Of a DNA stretch of 32,000 bases, positions 11,437 through 22,576 are shown piece after piece. A program made the translations under genes and the position numbers. The number at the start of each line of letters is the position of its first letter. The stretch's first letter is position 1. The stretch is from Zygophlyctis sp. KS116 (Eukaryota; Fungi; Chytridiomycota), in NCBI GenBank assembly GCA_054661495.1, contig BAAFSQ010000074.1:1-32000 (forward strand), given 5' to 3'. The notes under the pieces were generated by a model. That model saw only the letters and a list, made by a program, of their open reading frames with translations. It searched no databases and was not told the origin of the DNA.

Positions 11437-13785
11437 TCATTTCCAATGCTGATCAAAACAGTAGTAATCAAGCGCAATTCCTTCATCAGTATCAGGATTT
11501 CCTGCCCAAATTGGGAACTTTATTCCATATTGTGCCATGATAGCCAACATAAAAACTGTAAGTGATACGCCTGCATCCGCTGCAGAAGCAAAAATATAGT
11601 TATAGTTTTTCCACCATTCATAATGACGGTTAAAAATATAGTACTGGAAAATCCAAGAAACAAACAATGGAATCATAACAGCATTTTGATACATTCCAGG
11701 AAATCCAACACCACTGGCAAGTAACGGAATATTGATGTAATGCCAAAAGTCCGCCTTATACATTTTGTTCCCAAGCCATGGGATTAAAGGAAGAATAGCT
11801 CCAATCAAGAAAAACCAAAGAAGAGATTCGTACTTTGAGCCGATTCCAAAAAATCGCTGAGGACCTATAGCTCCCCATATAGCACCGGCTGAATAAAAGG
11901 CATCAAATACACTTGGTTTCCAATCTTCTTCTTTAAATAATACATCTGAAAGTAATGATTCAGCCCATATAGAAACACAATTATTAATGATTGCACCAAC
12001 GACTGTCCCATATAATTGAGCGGCTATCATGTGTACAGGATTAATCTTCATATAGTGGCCAAGCTTCAAATCAGCAATTAGAGACAATCCTTGAATTATG
12101 GTATTCGTCCCAAGGCTTTTAAATGCTATCACTGCAACTGTTTGACCTGGAATTAAAAGTCCGATCACGAATTCGGACAGAACATTCAGCCCCAATTGAA
12201 GTCCCGTAATCGCAGTAATTATTCCAATAGGTAGAAGGAAAAAGAATGTAATTCCTACACATAAGAATACTGACCATATTGGCATAGTAAATGGCGTCCA
12301 GATCGAAACCGCAACTTGTACAAAAACCATAACAATCAAAAATGCAAGAAACATCCAATCTGGGACATCTGGATATGATTCCATTAATCTGTTATGAATA
12401 TCCTTTTCTTCATTTTTTTGCTTAAGAGCTGCTTTGAATTGTTTCCAAATCGACGATCCATACCATAAGGTTACATGGGAAACTGCGGCAGCGATTGACA
12501 TAAAACTGTTTCCATACAAAACTAAAAATTTAACTGACTATTATAGTCTCACCTGCAAAATAAGATGTAATAGAAATAGGTTGCACGGCATCATATGCAG
12601 TTTGATTTAAATTATAAGTTGTTTTATCCATGAGGCTTACAGGATGAATACTTGTGCCGTTTCTATTGTAAAGTGTAGCAGTATTAAGAGACCATTTATT
12701 TCCTAATTTACTATCCATTCCAAAGGCATCATTGAAGAATAGGATAGGTACTACGATCCAGCTCCAAAATCTAATGTTACAAAAACAAACTTACACGCTA
12801 CTTAATGCAAACTGAACAGATGCATAGAATGGTGTAGTTAGTGAACCTCCTCCGATATATATCCAATCCATTGTAAATGCCATTAATCCAACCCCATTTG
12901 ATCGCGATGAAGATGATAAAAACCTGACAACTTTATTTGAGGTTAATAAGCAAATAATTGAAAATGACTGAAGTACTGGGAAAAAATATTCTGGTATCCA
13001 GGTATATACAAAAAAGGCAAATGATACCAACCAAAAAAACTTGAATCTTGACATTTTACTTTTTGAATATGTATCATCTTCGGCTTTCTCGTGAAAACTA
13101 ACAAAAAGAGCTACCTGAGACAAAATCCCAGGCCAGTACATTGCTGCAGGCTTTACCAAAAATCTTCTCATAATTCCAGCCAATCCAAATCCGATCAATT
13201 GAACAGACATGACAAACGCTAAAGAATTCAGGTAAGTGACATTCTTATTCCCCTAAAAATGAGCATTGTGGTAGTTACCATATATGCATCAAATCTTTGC
13301 ATTACTACATTATCAACTCCATATGCCACACCACCTATTAATTTAAGAAATATTGAAATTTTAAGCTACCTCCCGCCGAAGCAATAATAGAAATAAGTAC
13401 ATGCTCCTTTATTGAAAATGGTCCCGGGTTTAAAGAAAACGCATAAGGACCCAAGTTATATATTCTATTTGGTAATGATCGTGTCATCATGATCCCCATA
13501 GGATATGTCAATAATGTTGCGACCGTTGATGGTATCGCAAACTTGTTTGTTCGAAATTGGAAAATAGAGTTTGCAGATGCCAGCAGAATATTCCATAATG
13601 TCCCCAATATCAATACTCTAAAGCTCAAACTGGGAGTTGACGGATCATCTGTCGTCGGTACAATGGCTGAAACGTACACGTTTGTTCTACACTATTAATA
13701 CAGTAAGATCTTACGAATCTTTATCGCTTTCATGATCGAAATCATCGTCATCTTTTACTTCGACCTTTGTGAATCCCAATGCCAT
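11437..13785 (-). CDS. OPT-family oligopeptide transporter, copy 2 (6 exons, 734 aa)
   Basis: Same motifs and same five intron positions as copy 1 (28, 35, 26, 24 and 31 nt). Confidence 0.95.
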
Positions 13786-13928
13786 AACAAGGATTCTCAA
13801 AATTAATTGCTTATAGGCGGCTTAGTTAAATATCGCTGGAGCGCAAAAGCCACGGTAAGCTCACTGTCGGATAATCTTCAATTATATTTACAATACAAGA
13901 TATCTAAACTTTTAATCATCAATAACAC

Positions 13929-16283
13929 TTAATCGCAATAGTAATCAAAGTCTACAATCTCTTGATCTGGATTTCCTGCCCAAATGGGGGCTTTAACACC
14001 TAATTGTGCCAATATAGTAATTACAAAGACTGTAAGAGTAGCACCGGTATCAGAGGCGCTTGCCAAGACGTAATTGTACTTTTTCCACCATTCATAATGC
14101 CTCTTAAAGATATAATTTTGGAAAATCCAGGCAACCATCAGTGGCACAACTAAAGTTACCTGATAGCCTCCAACACCTATAGGATTGCTACATAAAAGTG
14201 GTATATTTATATAATGCCAAAAGTCAGCTTTGTAGATCTTGTTACCAATCCAAGGGATGAATGGAAGAGCTGCTCCGTACAAAAACCACCATATCAGAGA
14301 TTCATACACTGAACCAGATCCAAAGAATCTTTGAGGACCAATAGATCCCCAAATAGCTGCTGCTGAATAAAATATATTGTAATTCTGGGCTTTCCAATCA
14401 GAAGATTTGAACAAAAGATCGGATAATAGAGTTTCGGACCAAATCGCTACGATTGTATTAATAATAGCGGCCAAGACAGTCCCGTAGAATTGAGCGGCAA
14501 CCATATGCACTGGATTAACCTTCATATAGTGTCCTAGTTTTAAATCATTGACTAAAGTTAAAGCTTGAATTAAAGTGTTTGTGCCGAGACTTTTGAAGCA
14601 GATTACAGCAACTGTTTGCCCTGGAATCAAAAATCCAATAATAAATTCAGTCAAAACATTAATATAGAAGCCAACTCCTGTTACAGCTACAATGACACCA
14701 AACGGAAGTAAGCATAATATCACAATGCCCAAACACAAAAATACAGACCAAATTGGCATAGTAAATGGAGTAACTACGGAAACAATGCAATGCACCACAA
14801 CCATTATTGCTAAAAATATCAGGTATGCCCAATCTGGAACATCTGGATACGCAGCCATCAAACGGTTATGAATATCCGTCTCTTCATTCTTTTGCTTCAA
14901 AGCCGCTTTGAATTGTTTATAAATCGATTTTCCATACCAAAGTGCAACATGTGATACAGCGGCTGCAACAGACAAAAAGCTAGTTCCATATTGAACTTTA
15001 AATTAGATTCCAGGCTATGATTACCTGCAAAAGAAGTCGTAATTCGGATAGGCTTGATTTGATCATACGCTGTTTGATTCAAATCATAACTAACCCGATC
15101 CATAAGAGCCAGACCTCTGAAAGAAGTCCCATTTTTATCAAATAATGATGGAGTATTTAAAGTCCATGAATCTCCCAGCTTCGTATCCATTCCAAAAGCA
15201 TCCGAAAAAAATAGAACCGGGATTACAATCCACCCAAAAATACTAATTCAATAAAATTATAAGTTCCTACAGTGCACTAATTGAAGATTGAAGTGTTGCA
15301 TAAAATGGTGCAGTCAATGACCCGCCTCCAATATATATCCAGTCCAAAGTCATACCCATTATCCCAACACCCTTTCCTGGACTGACGGAAGTAAGGAAAC
15401 GAGCAGCCTTGTTTGAAGTCAAGAGACAGATTATCGAAAAAGCCTGTAATACATTCATGAAAAATTGTGGGATCCATGTATAAATAAAGAACCCAGCGAC
15501 AGCCATCCAGAAAAACTTATATCTAGACATTGGATAACGTGAAAATGGCTCATTTTCGTTTACATTTTCATGAAATCCCACAAACATTGCTACAGTAGAT
15601 AGAGAGTTTGGCCAATACATTGCTGGAGGTTTCACTAGAAATCTTCTCACCATCCCAGCCAAACCAAAACCAAGTAATTGTAAAGACATTACAAACGCCA
15701 ACGACCCAAAAAATCCCACTTCCTTATTTCCCTAATTATATCAATTCATTGGAAATTAATACCATATAATGATCAAATCTTTGCATTACTACATTATCTA
15801 CACCATAAGCAATCCCACCTTGAAATTTTAATTATTATATCTTACTTCCAGCAGACGCAATGATATAAATCAATACATGTTCTTTTATAGAGAATGATCC
15901 CGGATTAAGTGAGAATTTATACGGTCCCAATCTACAGACAAAATCTGGAATAGTGCGTGCCATCAATATCCCCATTGGGTAACTTAACAAGGTTGCAACT
16001 GCTGAAGGAACAGAAAATGGATTTGTTCTAAATCCAAATATAGTACTTGATACTGCTAATAGAATATTCCATAATGTTCCCAATACCATGACTCGAAAAG
16101 TAAAACTGGGAGTTGACGGATCATCTGTTGTTGGTACAATGGCTGAAACATATACATTTACACTTTAAATTACTGCATGAAATTAACATACGAATCCGTA
16201 TCATCAAATTCATTCTCGACATTCAATTCTTGTCCGATATCTTCCTCGTCCCTTGATTTCACTTTGGAAAATTCAATTGTCAT
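13929..16283 (-). CDS. OPT-family oligopeptide transporter, copy 3 (6 exons, 736 aa)
   Basis: Same motifs and same five intron positions (29, 27, 31, 28 and 29 nt). Confidence 0.95.
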
Positions 16284-16660
16284 TTCAAATTATTTTCTAG
16301 AGTTTGTAATCTGTTGCTTTCTGGCTTATCATATCAACCGACGCTTGTGATTCGTTTAACACGGCAAAGCACAAGAATGAAGCATCAAAACTTTAGAATG
16401 TACAAATGGGAGCTTTGCAAGCCTTTGCTGCAGTTGATCTTTCACATGCGTTTCTTGAATTGCGCTGATTTTGTTTGAATGATCAATGAGCTTTGCAACC
16501 CAGCGACTAAATTGTACTTTTCAATCTTCAAATAAAACTGTTGCATTATTTTTAGCTAAATAATATGCCTAAAAGAACTAACAAGCAATGTGCTTGGAAA
16601 TGGTCAATCAGACATGAAATTATAAAAAATAATTAATATTTCAACCTTTAAACACATTAT

Positions 16661-19600
16661 TTACTTGATCAATTGCTTAATAGATTGGCAAACTTGAGTT
16701 AATCGCTGTCCATTAGTAAGTGAAGAGAGACACTTTGCAATCTGAAATTCACTATTGATCAATTGATAGAAACTTACGTGACATCTCCAAATGCATTATT
16801 AAAGGTCCACTTCCAATGGCCATAAGGATAGGAAATGTCGCCCAGAGAGTTTAAAAAAGAAAATGAAAGCGTGAATCGAGTATTCTTTTCGTATGAGAAA
16901 AATGTAATACAAATTTGTAAAGGAGAGGATGAGTCTCCCTCAAGAATTTTTATGATACATTCTTCTCGAGCCAAATGAATATCAAGTGTAAGCATTTTTA
17001 GTTTTTCCCAAATCTTTTGAGTATTTTCAAGAGTCTAACAATTAATTTGGATATGTTACCCTTTTAAAATCTTCAATACAGAAACATGGCTCAAATGATT
17101 TCTGGTATGCTGACAATACTTTCTGGATTTTATAAACTCCCCAGAACTCGATTACTTGGGATTTGTCTTCTAATTTGGCAAGAACTTGGGTAACACGCTG
17201 TAATTTAGTTTAAGTTTCTTACAAGAACTTCAGGTATAGATTCATCCACCATTAATTTTGGATAAAAGGCTTCCCCATTATAATCAAAAGTTACTTGTAT
17301 CGTTAGATCATATGACATGGATATTTTGTCATTTGAGACTAAAGTTGGGATCCATCTGTGAGTTAAGAATAGGAGTCTAAATTCCTCTAACAGTTAATAT
17401 CTGAATATCTTACGTTTTAAATGTAGCAAATCGTCGGGTTCAAAAAGAGTCAGCTCTTTACATGTTTCCTCCGCATTCATGATTGCCTTAATAGTTCATT
17501 TGAAGTGAAAATACCTCTTTTACTAATGACTCTTCAACAATCATTGCTTCCTCATTTAATACTTCTACAGCTGCTTTCGATTTTAGCGATTCTAAGGTAG
17601 ACTTGAGTTGGGCAATTGATTTTCTAAAATATCAAAGATTGAACTCATACATTTGATGATCTTCTTCTTCTTGTAGACGCTCTAGGGCGCTTTTCCTGTC
17701 TGAATAATCTGCATTACGTTTTAGGTGAATCTCTGATATTTTAGACTCCAATTCTTGAAGGTATGCATTTGATTCTTGAATCATTCCTTCCATGTGTTCA
17801 TCAAACTGATGAACATATCTTTGGTCCTAAAATCAAATCAACATTTTCTATAATTACCCTTGACAATCTTTCTATATTTTCATCCAAAGATTCTTCAAGC
17901 GGGCCCAATAACTTTTCTCGCCATGTATACCAGGATTCCTTTGTTTCCAGTCTTGTAAATGATTTTGTAGATTTCAAATTAACCTATGATTATAAGTTTA
18001 TAAAAATACCATGAGTTCTTCTCTTTCCTCTTTTGTACCTTCACAGACTTCATAAAAAATCAGCGGTGTAGAAATTGCTATTTCAGACTCTCTTTCTCTC
18101 ATGGCAGTTTTACCTTCCTCGATATACTGACTAAGTTCTTTGCATCCCTTTAGCAAATAAGGTTAAAATTAATCTTACAAACTCGAAAATTTCAAGTTCA
18201 GGGAACCAGACCGCTGCTGCTTTTGCATATTCAGCATCTGACGGAGCACCTATTGAATTGTTGGACAAATGATGCTTACCAGTTTCCATTGCAAAAGCAG
18301 TGCTTTCTCGACGGAAAGAAGTTATGATATTATCCATAAATCTTATTCCTGTATCATTGTAAAACTCTGAGAGAGTCGATATAGGTCGTTCTCGTTTAAT
18401 CTAAATCTTTAAAATAAATTAGTACCTCTGAGATTATTGGTAGTTCTTGTGAAAAAGAGGCTTCTCCGATTGATAGTTGCTCATCCATAAGATTATCTTC
18501 TACCAATCAAAACTAATTAATATACCATGTTCATTTCGAATTGACTCATTATCATCTTTGTCAGGTTCCAAATAAGAAATTGAAGTAGTCTTTGGTTTAA
18601 AATTAAATAGCTCCCTAGATAAAGATGGCTCTTGAGAGGATAAGATCGTATTTTGACTTAAAGAATAATCGCTCTGAGTTAAAGGTTCTTCAGTCTCGTG
18701 TTTTTCGTCGCATGGAAAGGTTTCTCTAATCAGCGATATACACTGAGAGAGCTTCGACCGTACTTTTGGCGTATAAGGAGATGACATTGCTTGTGCGAGT
18801 CTAGCTCTGGGTGAAGATCTAGTTGGACCTAAATTTTAAAATAACAACAATGGTACTCTTTTCTTTTAAAGGCGATGGTGACATAGAATAACGTCTGCTG
18901 CTTCTTCTAGAACTTTTTGGAGACGGCGTTTTACTTTTACCTTGAGATGATTTCGTTTCTTTAAATCACAAAATGGAAATGTACCTGGTTCTAATGAAAT
19001 ATTAGATTTTTCAGACTTTTCGTGGGGAATATCTTCCGTAATACTAGATTGACTACTAGTCTCCATTTCTTCACAAGACTCAATGTCTTGGCCATCCTGA
19101 GAGTCTTCATCAGAGTCCCGATTAGACTTTACTATGCTTCTGTACTTTGGGCTTTCAAAGAAACATGCAATGCTATCTCTGGCTCTGTATTTTTGTTTCT
19201 TCTCAACGAGAGGAGCGGGTGAATTTTCTACAGAAGCAGCAGAGTTTAGGAAACTATAATGACCAGTGACTGGACTGCTAATATCCATATTAACAGTATC
19301 ATCCTTGAAGTTTGATCCTTGATTTTCCGATTGTTGCTTTACGGGAGAACTATCATTCTCATTGAAAAATCCGGCAATCGTATCTCGACGACTTTGGGAC
19401 GCCAATATAGAAGAATTTTGATGAACAGATCCATATTGATCCATTCGCATCGAAGAATTTGGTGTACCTTTTACGCTTATTTCAAAGCTAGATTCCCTAA
19501 GATTATTAAATAGTAATTACTCTTTTTCCTCTTCATGCGATGCCGCGGGCTCTTGTCCAGGCAATGATAATCGCAGATCAAATGTTTCACTGTTACGACG

Positions 19601-19912
19601 CACAGATGATAAATCTGGCATAGACAAATCTAATTTTTGAGCAGATCCTGGGATAATATTCAGCATGTTAGGAATATCGTCCGAATATGTGTCCTTTTCC
19701 CAACCTTCGGCATCTTTATCAAACAATCTAACATGCGCAGTAGCTGCAAAAGATACTCTTCTTCCCAGCGATTTTCGCTTGTTTTTAGTTGGTGAATTTT
19801 GTTTTAATTCCTCAAGTATTGGACGATTTTTCTGTACTTGAGACGTCATTCTTGGAGAAGCCTTTTTAGGCGATGATAATCTCGCTGATGCACGTCTTGG
19901 GGACTCTTTCAT
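16661..19912 (-). CDS. SPC105: Kinetochore scaffold Spc105/Spc7/KNL1, multi-exon
   Basis: N-terminal PP1-docking RRVSFA, low-complexity S/P-rich middle with MELT-like NMDIS, Spc7-domain start ISTLSEFYNDTGIRFMDNI, then coiled coil and a C-terminal domain. Introns seen at e.g. 19497-19520 and 16752-16777; not all exons were traced. Confidence 0.8.
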
Positions 19913-19958
19913 TTGTGTCTGGTTTAATAAGTGTTGCTATCCGATCAACTAAAGTCCG

Positions 19959-19978
19959 ACGCGAACAAAAACGCGAAA
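19959..19978. promoter_or_regulatory. Paired ACGCGAA(A) elements (MCB/SCB/E2F-like G1/S sites) upstream of SPC105
   Basis: ACGCGAA at 19959-19965 and ACGCGAAA at 19971-19978, 47-66 bp upstream of the ATG, in sequence where CGCG is scarce. Confidence 0.55.
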
Positions 19979-20044
19979 ATTCACCCGTTGATCCAAACAA
20001 TCTCACTGCACTTTCAAAGCCATAAATTAAAGTGAAAAATATTT

Positions 20045-22515
20045 CTATTCCTCCTCCTCCTCTTCTTCATTAAAGACCACTTCTACTTCCTCTGTTGAAT
20101 CATCAGCAAACTGCACAGGAGTGGGCTTTACAAATAAATTCGTAACAGCGTCAGTGCCACAATTAATATCCCATTTCTTTTTCCATTTCAAACTCTTACA
20201 GCGAGCATCAGTCATCGTATTTCCATAAGTGATTGGGTAAAAAGTGGTAAAACTCCAAAAGATTATCAACATTAGGAAGAAACTGGCAATCATTTTTCTA
20301 GATGAAGATGCATTAGTAAGTGCAAAGTCGAAAAATGTCGTAAACAAGAGTATTGAAAAATAGAAAGCAGGTAGGTAATGATGTAGATATACTTCTCTAC
20401 CCATGAAGAAGAATGGGAAATAATGAACAGCCCATCCTAAAAATAAAAATCCACTACTTCCTGAAATCTGTGTAAACATGTCTAGTTTATAAAGTTTATT
20501 AAAATTACCTCCTTTGATAGATCTTTGGGCGAGAATCGTTACAACAATAAAGGCCCCAACGTAGAATACAAATGACTTTGTAGAAAGCCACCAAATGACT
20601 GGATTTCCCAAAAAGTAAATTTGAGAGTTTCCAATCACAGATTTCCAGTACGATATACCCACATCTAGTACTGGCCAAGTAATAGGATGTGATTTGTAAG
20701 GATGTTTACCCTTAATGTTCTTATTATTTTTCCACATTGTTTTGTGAAGTTCCATAAACATTTCTGAAAACGAGGCCTTTCGGTAATTAATCTTGGTCGC
20801 ATTAGACGGCACTAGAATAAATGGAAATAAATTTACTATTTGGATGTTCGTTATGATCGATTCTCCATCTATAAAGTTAACTAATTTATGAAAAATACAA
20901 ACTAATTTCGTCCTTTGCATATCCAGCACAAATCACTTCCTGCTGCTTAAAACCTTGCATCAGTAAAGAAAAAAATTACCCCAATCAGGGAGCTTCACGT
21001 CATGAGAGTAGAGGCTACATCCCGTCGAAGTATGAATCAACTTAAATTTAGATTTTACTGCATCCAGGTAAGGATTTTCAGGATCTTTATTCATTATTTG
21101 AACTTTCCAATGATCATTAAAGTCTCCTAAAAAATCAGGATTATTAGGATCTCCATATGCCGAAACTTCATTAATCTCCTTCTTGTTCGAGACAGGTGCA
21201 CTTGAGACTTAAAAAAATAAAGATTACCGAACATCATGACTATGAAGCCTTTTGCCAGTTGGAACATGTTGAAGTCTTATAGTTTCACCATCTTTTACCC
21301 TATTAAAACCTTCAACCTTATCTTCAACAAGAGTCCCATTGTCCAATCGCAAAGGACGTAAAATCTCAAACAAGCTATTATCGTCTCTAAAACCGTAACA
21401 AGTAATCTGCTGCTGTTTACTACCAGCAGGATAGTACTGTAAATGGGAATGTAAAAAGCCTCCGGCAGTTGCATCATGCCGAAGATAAACTTTTGAGCCG
21501 TAAGCCACCTCTAAAAGTTAGACCAATAATTATAAAAAAATTATAATATAATTTACATACGTTTAAAAGTATCCGGAATAACTTTTTGACCTCCCAGACC
21601 AGTTATAAAACTAGGAGACATTTTAGAGGCCCCAATTTCCAAATCACCTTTATAAGCCATTTTAAAATGAATAAAAAAAGTAGAAATGTATATTACAGCC
21701 GGGAGTACAAGAAGACAAGCAAACCTAGCCAAAAAGTGACGAAACAGAGCCTTTAAAGAGACTGTAGAATTACAAGCCAAATCCCACAACTCCTTTACTG
21801 TAAAAATTCCTATAAACGCAATAGAAAAAACTCCAACCCATTTCACACTTGAAGCTAGACCAAGGAAAGCTCCAGTGAAAGCCAAATACTTCCACCATTG
21901 AGAGCTACAAGGACTAAATTTTAGAAAAATATTCTAAATCATACTTATTCTTGTGTTTCAAAAATTCTGTATAAGTCCATGCAGAAGCAGCAATGAAAAA
22001 AATCATGAACGAATCAAGAAAGATAAATCGAGATTGACTAAAATTTAAAATTGAAATGTTACATCACTAGCGCATTATCCATCATCACAAACGAGGCTCC
22101 CACAAACGATGATGTCTTGGAACACTTTAGATTTCTAAGCGTCAAGTAAGCAACGGGAACCAGAAAAACACCAAATATTGCAGGAAAGAGTCTCATATGA
22201 ACATAAGGAACATTTTTTCCATATTCAAGTCCAATTTCCTGACTTTAAGCGAATTAAACTTGCCTCGAATGAAAAATTCCCATCGTATCCGCCAATTACA
22301 GCTGCTAGAGTTAGCAGAAGCTTTCCTAGGGGAGGATGCACATCCTGGAAGAATATATGTTTAACATACTTTGAAACAAAACCGCCAAAATGAACTTCGT
22401 CAAAAACAACGGCCGACGGTGATCCAATGCCATGGAAACGGATAATGCAACTAATTGCGACTAAAAGTAACACAATATATTTCTCATAATCAACGGCTGC
22501 AGTCTTTTCTGACAT
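20045..22515 (-). CDS. Dolichyl-phosphate-mannose protein O-mannosyltransferase (PMT1/PMT2-like), 9 exons, 743 aa
   Basis: VVFDEVHFGGF, DVHPPLGK, SVKWVG, MIR domains (FLHSH, YPAGSKQQQITCY, RLHSHDV), GNPVIWW and YLHHYLPA. Eight introns (25 GC-AG, 25, 31, 50, 27, 26, 30 and 25 nt) restore the frame. Subfamily not resolved. Confidence 0.95.
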
Positions 22516-22576
22516 AAAGGCAACTATTAAAATAGACAAAAACCACGCAAGTTTTAACCTAGTCTGACACGTCAAA

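Noticed and set aside
10997-13698. Two similar + strand ORFs (10997-11179 and 13489-13698) that look like a duplicated small gene
   Set aside because: They are the antisense reading of the OPT conversion tract.
11340-16340. GATA (nitrogen-regulation) sites upstream of the OPT genes
   Set aside because: Only single GATAA-type matches per promoter in AT-rich DNA, indistinguishable from background.
16284-16660. Possible ncRNA or small gene in the largest intergenic gap (GAGCTTTGCAA occurs twice)
   Set aside because: No tRNA, snRNA or snoRNA hallmarks and no credible ORF seen; most simply the OPT copy 3 promoter plus the SPC105 3' UTR. An Rfam/Infernal scan would settle it.
5526-22515. Functional glycosylation gene cluster (double glycosyltransferase plus PMT)
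   Set aside because: The genes are 12 kb apart and separated by unrelated genes; there is no evidence of clustering.
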